Source: Candidatus Saccharimonadota bacterium (GTDB lineage Bacteria; Patescibacteriota; Saccharimonadia; Saccharimonadales; JACDBH01). Taken from it: a stretch of DNA of 64,000 nucleotides. Of this stretch, positions 55,440 to 64,000 are shown piece after piece. The translations under genes were made by a program, and so were the position numbers. The stretch is from contig JACDBH010000004.1 in the NCBI GenBank assembly GCA_013694995.1, positions 128,995 through 192,994 of the forward strand, given 5' to 3'. The notes below the pieces were generated by a model. The model was not told the origin of the DNA. It was given only the letters and a program-made list of their open reading frames with translations, and made no database searches. How positions within the stretch are numbered: the first letter of the stretch is position 1; every line of letters begins with the position of its first letter.

Positions 55440-55928
55440 ATGCTCGCTATCCGCATGCAACGAACCGGCCGCAAAGGCCATGCCCAGTTCCGCTTAATAG
55501 TCCAGGAATCTCGCCGCTCTCCTAAGAGCGGTAACATTGTATTTGCTCTAGGCAGCTACGATCCACACAGTAAACAGATTCAAGTTGATAAAGAAAAAGC
55601 AAGCTTCTATTTAGAGCATGGCGCTCAGCCTTCTCCTCGTGTTGCGATTTTGTTGCAAAAAGAAGGCGTTAAAATGCCGAAATGGGTTGAGATAGAACAG
55701 ACTAAAAAGCGTACAATAAAGAACTCAACTAAACTACGTCGTAACCGTCCAGCGGATGAAAAGCCGGCGGATGAATCGGTCACAGAGCTGGCCAATGCGG
55801 TTACTACCGACGAGAAAAAACCTGCCGAATCTGATACGGAAGCTCAGGCACCTGAAGAGACTGCCGCTGAAACCACAGTTGAAGTACCTAAAGAAACAAC
55901 CAAAGAAGCATCTGAGGAAACTGCCTAA
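55440..55928 (+). CDS. rpsP: 30S ribosomal protein S16 with acidic C-terminal extension
   Basis: MLAIRMQRTGRK..FRLIV, LGSYDP, GAQPS. Confidence 0.95.
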   Translation: MLAIRMQRTGRKGHAQFRLIVQESRRSPKSGNIVFALGSYDPHSKQIQVDKEKASFYLEHGAQPSPRVAILLQKEGVKMPKWVEIEQTKKRTIKNSTKLRRNRPADEKPADESVTELANAVTTDEKKPAESDTEAQAPEETAAETTVEVPKETTKEASEETA

Positions 55929-56008
55929 CCTGCAAAATAAGCACGAGCATTTTTCTAAGTTGTTTTGTATAATTAGGTTATACCACTAACCTAAAGGAGT
56001 GACCGTAC

Positions 56009-56479
56009 ATGAATAATAGTATTGACCAGCAATTTATTGAATATATAGTCAAATCTCTTGTTGGCAACCCAGATAAAGTGTCCTTAGAACGACGCATTGA
56101 TGAAAAGGGTGTGTTACTAGAGCTAACAGTTGATCCGGAAGATCTCGGCCGGGTAATAGGCAAACGTGGTGCGACTGCCCAGAGTTTACGCACACTGCTG
56201 CGGGCACTTGGTACTAAGAATGATGCTCGTTATAACTTAAAGATTGTTGATAATGGTGAACCACGACCGCCTCGCGACACTAACTCGCAAGCCTCAGGTG
56301 ATGACGGAAATTGGGGCACATCCGATGATACACCCACAGATAACCCGGCTGCAGTTGCGCCCGTGTTGACCAGCGACGAACTTGATCTTGATGATGATAA
56401 AGCTGAACCTGAAGAAAATGGCGATAAAATGTCCAAAGCCCGTAAGGAACTAGAAGATTTAGACGACCTTGATATCTAA
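56009..56479 (+). CDS. khpA: KH-domain RNA-binding protein (KhpA family) with acidic tail
   Basis: DLGRVIGKRGATAQSLR GxxG motif; position after rpsP. Confidence 0.88.
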   Translation: MNNSIDQQFIEYIVKSLVGNPDKVSLERRIDEKGVLLELTVDPEDLGRVIGKRGATAQSLRTLLRALGTKNDARYNLKIVDNGEPRPPRDTNSQASGDDGNWGTSDDTPTDNPAAVAPVLTSDELDLDDDKAEPEENGDKMSKARKELEDLDDLDI

Positions 56480-56492
56480 CTAATAAATAAAC

Positions 56493-57134
56493 ATGAAAAT
56501 ACAGATAATTACCTTGTTTCCTCCGATGTTTGAGGGGGTACTAGGTAACAGTATGCTGTGGAAGGCGCAAGACCGTGGTATTGTGGAATATTCAATTATA
56601 GATTTGCGTCAGTTTGGATTGGGCAGTCGAAGGACAGTAGATGATACGCCATATGGGGGTGGTGACGGCATGCTACTAAAGCCCGAGCCGATCGTGGCCG
56701 CAATCGAACAAGCAAAGAAGCATGATCCGGATGCGCACGTTTTACTGCCTACTCCGCGCGGAAAGCTATATAAACAATCAGAGGCAAAACGACTAGCCGC
56801 TGATACAAACGGCCTCATAATCGTATGTCCGCGATACGAAGGCTATGATGAGCGCATAACCAAATGGGTAGACGAACAGCTCTGCATTGGCAATTATGTG
56901 CTGACAGGCGGGGAAATCCCAGCCATGATAATTATAGATAGTGTAGTCAGGTTATTGCCCGGTGTATTAGGCGGCGAGACCTCGGTCGAGGTTGAATCAT
57001 TTCAAGATGATGATAAAAGTGTTGAATTCCCTCAATACACCCGCCCGGAAATGTTCGAGGGAATTAAAGTGCCGGACGTACTTTTAAACGGCAACCACGG
57101 CGAAATTGCCAAATGGCGCAAAGCACAACAATGA
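56493..57134 (+). CDS. trmD: tRNA (guanine-N1)-methyltransferase
   Basis: VDDTPYGGGDGM, RYEGYDER, IGNYVLTGGE, PQYTRP. Confidence 0.96.
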   Translation: MKIQIITLFPPMFEGVLGNSMLWKAQDRGIVEYSIIDLRQFGLGSRRTVDDTPYGGGDGMLLKPEPIVAAIEQAKKHDPDAHVLLPTPRGKLYKQSEAKRLAADTNGLIIVCPRYEGYDERITKWVDEQLCIGNYVLTGGEIPAMIIIDSVVRLLPGVLGGETSVEVESFQDDDKSVEFPQYTRPEMFEGIKVPDVLLNGNHGEIAKWRKAQQ

Positions 57135-57141
57135 TCTTAAC

Positions 57142-58257
57142 CTAGACAGTAGACTTTATGCGCAGCATCAAATCTTCCACGAGATTCCGCATGCCGTGGC
57201 GTGATCTTGCCGATCGGGGATGGGACTCTATTACTTTATGATAAGCTTCAACGTATTGCTGGGACATATTTTTATAATTAAACAATTGGCGTGCCCTGTT
57301 GGCTATATATGTCCTGTCCATCTTAAAACACTCTTCGATGTTGTTACGTCCTTCAATAAAATCCTCAACCAACATTCCTGTCCTTGAAGGTTCTATCAGT
57401 TCTGGCATAGAACCACGGGCAGTTGCCAGTGTAGGCGTTCCGCAGTAAGCAGCTTCCAGTACTGTCAGGCCGAATGGTTCGCGGAAGTTGGTTGGGTGCA
57501 GGTTGCAGCGGGCTTTACTAACAAGTTCTACTTTTGCATCAAAATCTAACTCACCTAAATACTCAACTAGAGGATGGCTTAAGTACTTTTCAATTTCTTC
57601 AATAAAATAGCCTTCGCCCTTAAAGTCAATTTTACCCGCAAGCTTGATTTTTATACCCATGCTAAGAGCTAGCTGTATAGCTAAATGCGGGTTTTTATCC
57701 CGATCAAATCTTCCCAAAAAGCATACGTAATCCTCTGGCTCAGTAATTATAGGAAATTCGGCAGGATTTTCGCCGTTATAAACGACGCCGACATAATTTA
57801 ACTCGGGAAATGCCGCCTGCTGATTCTTTGAAATCGAGGCAAAATTTAAATTCTTACGCTTAGTATAATAATCTACATGTTCGAACTCAATCATATTATG
57901 GAGGGTTGTAATGTTGGGGAAGTTTTTAAAAGCGGTAAGGTCATAACCGTGAGAATGAATAATATCGATTGTTGGCAACAATTCTCGCAGTTTCTTAGCT
58001 GTTATACGGAAGGCTTTTTGCTCAAGAAGCTTATGCGCCTTTAAGCCAGCCTTTGTTTTTGGGAAAAACAGGGCTTTTTCGACTATCGGGACAATTTCAC
58101 AATCTACTTTCGAGTCACCAGGTCCTAAAAGGATCGGGACATGACCAGCTTCTTTTAATCCATTGATTAAGTAGTATATAACTTGCTCTGTTCCGCCATA
58201 CTTAACAGGCGGCACCGGTACATACGGGCCCGCTACAATTGCAACACGCATGAACAA
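57142..58257 (-). CDS. glycosyltransferase family 4
   Basis: VPPVKYGGTE, FLGR..DK, EPFGLTVLEA..CGTP. Confidence 0.9.
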   Translation of the reverse strand: MFMRVAIVAGPYVPVPPVKYGGTEQVIYYLINGLKEAGHVPILLGPGDSKVDCEIVPIVEKALFFPKTKAGLKAHKLLEQKAFRITAKKLRELLPTIDIIHSHGYDLTAFKNFPNITTLHNMIEFEHVDYYTKRKNLNFASISKNQQAAFPELNYVGVVYNGENPAEFPIITEPEDYVCFLGRFDRDKNPHLAIQLALSMGIKIKLAGKIDFKGEGYFIEEIEKYLSHPLVEYLGELDFDAKVELVSKARCNLHPTNFREPFGLTVLEAAYCGTPTLATARGSMPELIEPSRTGMLVEDFIEGRNNIEECFKMDRTYIANRARQLFNYKNMSQQYVEAYHKVIESHPRSARSRHGMRNLVEDLMLRIKSTV

Positions 58258-58334
58258 AATTCCTTAACTTCAAGTCTTAGCACACATATCATTATACTCT
58301 ATAAAACATGTTTCAGGGCTGTAAGAATTTTAAC

Positions 58335-59867
58335 TCATTTGCTTTTGGTCAGCCTATATCCGTATGTCGGATAGCGAGCCCAAAGTGCTATAGGGTTAAG
58401 GTAGAGGCCAACTTTAGGCAGTTTTGCGAGAACTTTTTTTTCGAATGACTTCTGCCAGGCTGACTGTTTTGCTTGTTCGTTTATAATAACCCTGTCTTTT
58501 AGCTGATAGTTCATGATTGCAATGATTGCCGAAACAGTCCAGGCTTGGATACGTTCCGGATTGTTGGTACTATCCACTAACATCAGCTCACCGTGCGTAT
58601 GCGAACTTGGCGAGCTTGCAAGCACGCGCCCGAGCAGATCAACATAAAGGAATTCTGGATATTCCCTGGTCTTTAAGTACACGTTAAGCAAACGGTTTTC
58701 TAGTTGGTATGCAAGCTTTGTTAATCCTTGCCGGCGCAAGCCTTTGGCTATATCATAGGTTTCTTTTGGCCAGGATACGTATGAGCCGTGGTAATCCCAG
58801 AATTCTATCAAATGAGCCGCGCTTAAAGCTCGGCTGCGGATACCGGCATCCGTTACAAAATCGCTGCTCATGATATATTCCACTAATGCCTCAATAAAAT
58901 TATGGCGTTTTTCGGCTGGCAATTCATTAAAAAATTCCGTATCCAATAGGGCCGCGGGGTTAGCAGTACGTGTCTTAATAATTCGTAGCTTGCCTTCAGG
59001 ACTAAAGTCCGTGCCAAGCGCAAAATAGTTGCGGTCTTTTAGCCATAATAGTTCGATCGTACGATCACGTAAGTTCTTTGCCGCCGCAATATATTTAGGG
59101 GCTGATTCCGGGAAAAATATAGCCGCCGCCATTAACCCATCATAAGTAATACCCTGTACTTCAATTGAGCCTATAGGCGCCGAATGATTAGCTAGCTGTT
59201 TGTCTTCATGGACATAAAACTCATCCGAATCTTTCCATACCTGGTTTAGTATCCCATGCGGATTGGCTCTTTTATACTCGAGTAAGCCGGTTTGGGAACT
59301 GTCAAGCTTGTCCATGATCCACTGAACTGCCTGAGCTGCGACATCGTGCATAGTAGTTATTTTGCCGTTTCTCAACGAAATTTTACTTTCTAATATTTTT
59401 GGTCCCTTCATTTCGCAGTACCGGCCTAATGTACGTAAAAAATGCGGTGTCGGATCGATAGCACCGTAGTATGCCATTTCTTTTTCATTGCCGCCCCACT
59501 TTTCTGAAAGACTCTTAAAAATACTCATGGATGTATCATCTATCGACTTGCCGTCAACGATTACATTCCTGTACTCATGGATTATTTTACCTGGCTCTTC
59601 TTCGTTTATTTTATTGTGTGTTTGGCCTTGTAGGCTTGCAAGCGTAGTAAGGATATTAACGACAAGGCGTGGCTTTATCATCATAAGATCCTCTGCGACT
59701 TCTAACGAATCGCGGCCGAATATAGCACCCTTGAATAAAGTGTCAGAACTTGCATATACTCCAGAGCCAGATTTAGATGTCACGCTACGTAGTGCTAGGG
59801 AAGGTATAACTAATGCATTTTGCATCTTCGGCAGAATATTTTTTAACAACTTTACGTTTTGTGCCAT
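58335..59867 (-). CDS. amylo-alpha-1,6-glucosidase / glycogen debranching enzyme-like glycoside hydrolase
   Basis: FGRDS, EEPGKIIHE, YYGAID, NQVWKDS, YHGS.VSWP, IQAWT. Confidence 0.85.
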   Translation of the reverse strand: MAQNVKLLKNILPKMQNALVIPSLALRSVTSKSGSGVYASSDTLFKGAIFGRDSLEVAEDLMMIKPRLVVNILTTLASLQGQTHNKINEEEPGKIIHEYRNVIVDGKSIDDTSMSIFKSLSEKWGGNEKEMAYYGAIDPTPHFLRTLGRYCEMKGPKILESKISLRNGKITTMHDVAAQAVQWIMDKLDSSQTGLLEYKRANPHGILNQVWKDSDEFYVHEDKQLANHSAPIGSIEVQGITYDGLMAAAIFFPESAPKYIAAAKNLRDRTIELLWLKDRNYFALGTDFSPEGKLRIIKTRTANPAALLDTEFFNELPAEKRHNFIEALVEYIMSSDFVTDAGIRSRALSAAHLIEFWDYHGSYVSWPKETYDIAKGLRRQGLTKLAYQLENRLLNVYLKTREYPEFLYVDLLGRVLASSPSSHTHGELMLVDSTNNPERIQAWTVSAIIAIMNYQLKDRVIINEQAKQSAWQKSFEKKVLAKLPKVGLYLNPIALWARYPTYGYRLTKSK

Positions 59868-59986
59868 ATACTCATTCTAACTGCTATAGTTATCATAAAA
59901 AAACGAAATACCTAACATTCGTACATTAATAAACCTGTTAAAATATGCCCCCATCTGTTAAAATTGTCCCGAAAGTCATTATTTAC

Positions 59987-60101
59987 AAATTCGCGAGAGG
60001 AATCGCAAATTTGAGTGGGGAAGGCTTGCTGAGGTTGCTACTTTTGCCGAGTAAATTTATTTTGTCGGCAAATATGTAACCGCAGCATCACACTTCGACG
60101 A
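59987..60101 (+). repeat. tRNA 5'-leader structured element, copy before tRNA-Gln
   Basis: aaattcgcga/tcgcaaattt hairpin; tgctg/cagca, gttgc/gtaac, tgccg/cggca stems; taaatttattttg apex; tcacacttcgacga tail. Confidence 0.8.
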
Positions 60102-60175
60102 TGGGGATTGGCCAAGTGGTAAGGCAGTGGATTCTGGTTCCACGATCGGGGGTTCGAATCCCTCATCCCCAGCCA
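60102..60175 (+). tRNA. tRNA-Gln(CTG)
   Basis: TGGGGAT/ATCCCCA-GCCA, gtgga-ttCTGgt-tccac, GGTTCGAATCC. Confidence 0.95.
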
Positions 60176-60390
60176 AATAAAAATGACCTCAGTCGAGGTT
60201 TTTTTATTTGTTCGTGACAGAGTTTGTGCGTACGAGAATGTCCAGTGGGACATTCCCCGACCCGTAGCCCTAAACCAATTGGATTTGAGGTGGCTTTCGA
60301 ACTTAATTTTAATTTGCTTGTCAGGCTAATCTTTCTATAAAATAGAATACACAAAATGACATCTAATAAGCTGAAACTTTTTACTATAGG

Positions 60391-61077
60391 TTAGTAAACA
60401 GTAGTATCTCTTTGGTGTGCTATGTAGGCGTTAGTAGGAAGTGAAGTTGGTTCAGTTAAGGGTATGGGTACGCGCGATCTTAATAGCGTGTTCTGGGCAA
60501 ATTGAGCAGTCGGATCAGCTCCACGGTGAATTTCGCCTTCGAAAGATATCGCGAGGTTCTCAATTCGTATTCTGCTGCCGTATATGAAGTACCATGGCGT
60601 AGGCACAGTCGCCTCGTACCCAGAAGGCTGTATGAATTCACTTAGAATAGGCACTGCATTTGAGCCGCCACCTATGCGTCGATAGGCAAAGCTCTCAATT
60701 GGGTTTTGCCCTTCTTTCCACCCATCTTCCGGTGGTCTACCGTCAAATACGTAAGCAACAGCTCTTGCGGGTGGCCCATCTATAAGTAAGGCGTGTTTAC
60801 TCGTGCAGCGAGCAAGATCGTTTACGAATTGGCAATCACGGGTTATCGTTGCAGTATCTATATTACCTAGATAATTTTTAATCTCAACATAGCGACCAAC
60901 GGCAGATAAGAAAAAATCAGGATTATACTTTCTACCGTCCGGAAACTCTACTGTAACTGGTTCATAACTGTATCTTATCTTGACTTGGCTCATCAACCGA
61001 GCCCATAAAGCTTCAGCTTGAGATCTGTAAGTCTGGTTGTTGTAAGTATACGGAATTGCTAACTCATAGTCTGTCAT
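60391..61077 (-). CDS. PD-(D/E)XK nuclease-like protein
   Basis: YRSQAEALWA...YEP...YNPDFFL...YVEIK. Confidence 0.7.
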   Translation of the reverse strand: MTDYELAIPYTYNNQTYRSQAEALWARLMSQVKIRYSYEPVTVEFPDGRKYNPDFFLSAVGRYVEIKNYLGNIDTATITRDCQFVNDLARCTSKHALLIDGPPARAVAYVFDGRPPEDGWKEGQNPIESFAYRRIGGGSNAVPILSEFIQPSGYEATVPTPWYFIYGSRIRIENLAISFEGEIHRGADPTAQFAQNTLLRSRVPIPLTEPTSLPTNAYIAHQRDTTVY

Positions 61078-61225
61078 AAACGACTATTATATAACTAAAT
61101 AATAATCACGACAATATTAATACTAAACTCAACAGTCAGAGGACTTTACTATAGAATATTCATAATAGACTGTAATCACAGAGTTGCGAAGTATGTCCAC
61201 TAGCCCCAGCCAAATTACCTAAATA

Positions 61226-62014
61226 TCAGTAAATGTAGGTAAAGTAATTTGCCGGCAAAGTACGTTCTGTCTTTGTATACAAACTTTGATAATTCATCTC
61301 ACTAATAGTGACTGTATTATCGCTATTAACACGTTCAACATAGACAACATGCATGTTGCGTTGGCCAACAGCACCGGCTCTAGGCACAGAACCTGTGGCG
61401 ATTCCCTGTGAAGCCGCTCGGCTTACCCACGTGTCTGCATTACCTAAATTATTAGGTAAATCAGGTCGTCTGTTTTTTACATACCACGTACAGTAACCGG
61501 GCGTGTAAAGGTTACCTGCAGAAGAACCTGTTGATGTACTTACAGGCCTTGTGGTAACTGCTGATTTTGCAACAGAATTTACTGCAGATGTGGCTGGCTT
61601 AGTTACCTCAGGTTTTGCTGTTTGTGCAAGAGTAGGCGTTTGCACTGGGAGCGTGCGTTCTGTTAGCGCTTCATCATGAGTGGGAATAATTAATTCTTGC
61701 CCAACCGTAATGATGTCGGGGTGCTTAACAGTTTCATTCTTATCAAATATTCGCTTCCATGTAGTTTCGTATTTTTTGGCTACAGTACTAAGTGAATCAT
61801 TTTTAAGTACGGCGTATTTGACTTCAGTAGTTTCTGCTTTCGGCTCTGGGGTTTTAATAGTGCTACTGTCGAGCGTAGCTATAACCAGCGGCTGGGATAC
61901 AGATAGTTTTTTATCATTTGATTGAGAAATTTCTAATGCTTTTACACTTGTGGTCGAGCTAATTACGGCAATAAAAGTAAATATGGACAAACCTGCTAAT
62001 GCGGATTTATGCAT
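61226..62014 (-). CDS. secreted LysM + CHAP peptidoglycan hydrolase
   Basis: Signal peptide; YAVLKNDSLSTVAKKY..N..HPDIITVGQELIIP (LysM); GYCTWYV, GNA..W, HVVYVE, ISEMNY (CHAP). Confidence 0.92.
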   Translation of the reverse strand: MHKSALAGLSIFTFIAVISSTTSVKALEISQSNDKKLSVSQPLVIATLDSSTIKTPEPKAETTEVKYAVLKNDSLSTVAKKYETTWKRIFDKNETVKHPDIITVGQELIIPTHDEALTERTLPVQTPTLAQTAKPEVTKPATSAVNSVAKSAVTTRPVSTSTGSSAGNLYTPGYCTWYVKNRRPDLPNNLGNADTWVSRAASQGIATGSVPRAGAVGQRNMHVVYVERVNSDNTVTISEMNYQSLYTKTERTLPANYFTYIY

Positions 62015-62586
62015 TAATAATAACCCTCCTCAGGATTTAAAACTCAAACAACTACAAACGTAGGTCACTTAGATTTATAGAAATGTAGCTTTTTGCTGTA
62101 ACCATACATTAAGTCATATCTAGTTGAGCTGTTTCCTGGCTGTATGAATATACAGTAAGTTCCATCGCCAATAGAAAGATAACTTTGTATGTAATTTACG
62201 TTTTTGTCGTTTGAATTAAACGGGTTGGATTAAAGCCAATGACCCGCTTTTGTATCTCTCCACTTCACACGAACAGATACAAGTTAATATGCTACAGGCA
62301 TAAAATAAAAAGTCAAGCTTTACAGATAGTCAAAATGCTTATGCCTTAATACAAAAAATCGTATTAGCTTTTATTGTCGCAGTTGAAGTACATCTACTGG
62401 ACACCATATTTATCAATGCATTAGCAAAAGTGAAATAACGCCAAGTTATCGCTGCGCAAGTCGTGAATAGGTGTTATGAAGCCAAGTGCTGGTAGATTAT
62501 GGTGTAAGTTTTTTAAGAAAGCGTAACTCTCAGATGTAATGCTGTATTAAGTCGAACTATTGCTAAAAGCTTGAACTAGGAATTAA

Positions 62587-63795
62587 ATGGAGCTATTAGA
62601 TAAAAGAACTTTTATGTGTGAAATTGAAAACACCCCAAGCGCATCCAATTTTATAGTAGCCCCATTGACCGATCCCTTTGCTTTATACCGACAGGAAGAA
62701 CAGGACGGGCGAACAATCTATAGTGCCGGATTCCCAAGCTATCCCGCTAATTTTTCACGGGATACGTTTCTAGCGGGTATTATCGCTGGCCGGTCAGATA
62801 TCTTAAGCTCGCAGCTTGAATACAGCGCGGCGTACCAGGGTAAGGTTAAAGATCCGGTTACGGGAGAATCTCCTGGTAGGATTCACCACGAACAACCTGG
62901 AGCTCAACTTGTAGGCCGGGAAGGTTTATACACTACATATAACGCGTGTGATACCACTAGCCTTTTTTTAATCGCATGCGAGCATCTAGCTGATCTTGAC
63001 AGATTTGCATCTGATAAGTTTATGGCTAGCAAAAGAAACAGTATTGAAAGCGCTGTCGAGCATATTCAGGAGCAACTCGACGAAGACAAGTTTTATCGAG
63101 AGTGCCCACCTGTCGGCAGCGATATGTACTCATTAAGAGTCACTTACTGGAAAGATTCAATCTTGCCAAATAAAAATAGCAAACTGGAACCTATTTATCC
63201 GGTAACTTATCCTCTGGCACATTTCATTGCGGCGCGTGGTCTTTTAAGTGCCAGTCGTATGCTCAATAAACGAAGCATTGCAACAATTGCTAGCGAAATG
63301 TTTGCTAATGGAATACGAAATTTCATCAGGCCAGGTGGTTATATGGTCTATGAAGACGCCGAAGAGAGAGTTTGGCAGGAGTCATCGGATGAACTGCATT
63401 CTTTAGCTTACATACCTGTCCGATACAATAAGTTACTGCCCAAAACAGACATACTGAGGCGATCCGAAATATTAAAAACTGCCATAGGCTATATGTGTAC
63501 CCCTTCTGAAGTAGCTATTCATCTTAGTGATGGTTATCATGGGGATGTTGTATGGGTGTTTGAACAAGCCCTGATATATTATGGTGCAACTAAATTCGAC
63601 ATGGGCCGGATAGCTACTGTTGCCGCACAGGTAGCACCATATATAGGAGAAGGTCAGGAACTCTTTAAGGTAATCGAAACAGAAGTTGGCAATATCGAGA
63701 TTATACCAAAAGGTAATAATTGTCAGCTTTGGTCTGTAGCCGCCGCCACATACTTCGCGGGACGTTCTGCTTTAGCTAAAAGGTCGCTGCTATAA
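62587..63795 (+). CDS. amylo-alpha-1,6-glucosidase / glycogen debranching enzyme-like glycoside hydrolase
   Basis: AGFPSY..NFSRD, GESPGRIHHE, YWKDS, YHGDVVWVFE, QLWS. Confidence 0.8.
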   Translation: MELLDKRTFMCEIENTPSASNFIVAPLTDPFALYRQEEQDGRTIYSAGFPSYPANFSRDTFLAGIIAGRSDILSSQLEYSAAYQGKVKDPVTGESPGRIHHEQPGAQLVGREGLYTTYNACDTTSLFLIACEHLADLDRFASDKFMASKRNSIESAVEHIQEQLDEDKFYRECPPVGSDMYSLRVTYWKDSILPNKNSKLEPIYPVTYPLAHFIAARGLLSASRMLNKRSIATIASEMFANGIRNFIRPGGYMVYEDAEERVWQESSDELHSLAYIPVRYNKLLPKTDILRRSEILKTAIGYMCTPSEVAIHLSDGYHGDVVWVFEQALIYYGATKFDMGRIATVAAQVAPYIGEGQELFKVIETEVGNIEIIPKGNNCQLWSVAAATYFAGRSALAKRSLL

Positions 63796-64000
63796 GCGTA
63801 GAGTTTACATCATTAAAGCGATTAGAATATATTATTATTCCTAACCTATATTTATTTTGACGAGCGGCGTCTAAATAAGTTGTTATAGGAACTGAAATAA
63901 TTATTATACCGACGCACCAGACTACAGCCAACCAACCAGAATTATCAAGAGGGGTACCAACTAACCAGGAGCGCATTGAGTCAATGACATGTGCTATAAA
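63776..64000 (-). CDS. ABC-2 type transporter permease, C-terminal part (start outside window)
   Basis: ...HVIDSMRSWLVG...WLAVVWCVGIIIISVP typical of DrrB-like permease ends; true stop uncertain. Confidence 0.65.
   Translation of the reverse strand, partial: FIAHVIDSMRSWLVGTPLDNSGWLAVVWCVGIIIISVPITTYLDAARQNKYRLGIIIYSNRFNDVNSTLIAATF

Noticed and set aside
1..64000. Alternative genetic code (UGA=Gly) as in Gracilibacteria/Absconditabacteria
   Set aside because: Conserved genes are full length under code 11 and trmD ends in TGA at the expected position

Overview
The window looks like part of a Patescibacteria/CPR chromosome, most likely Saccharibacteria (TM7). This is inferred from the reduced housekeeping gene order (uvrC-pepP-holin-secG-peptide SBP; rpmF-nusB-NUDIX-rnc-rpsP-KH-trmD without rimM) and the many -10 boxes lying directly ahead of start codons. 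Housekeeping genes include trhO, uvrC, ligA, leuS, ddl, lemA and htpX. There are nine apparently intact tRNA genes and two interrupted tRNA-Gly copies. A large serine recombinase island is integrated at tRNA-Gly and carries a terminase-small-subunit-like gene and a structured ncRNA. Cell-envelope cargo is rich: a five-gene operon with a multi-enzyme peptidoglycan hydrolase, a tandemly duplicated LPXTG-protein plus giant metalloprotease/adhesin module, two L,D-transpeptidases and a LysM-CHAP protein. The most unusual signal is non-coding and tRNA-associated. (i) A covarying hairpin plus CAYYACACNTCGACG-like tail abuts the 5' end of five tRNA genes or fragments. (ii) An ~86-nt covarying GTGAG...CGCGGAACGTG element sits inside or beside tRNA copies three times. 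(iii) tRNA 3' ends are duplicated around 150-220 bp hairpin-rich inserts that share a CAGTGG-loop hairpin. All calls were made by eye and no database searches were run.
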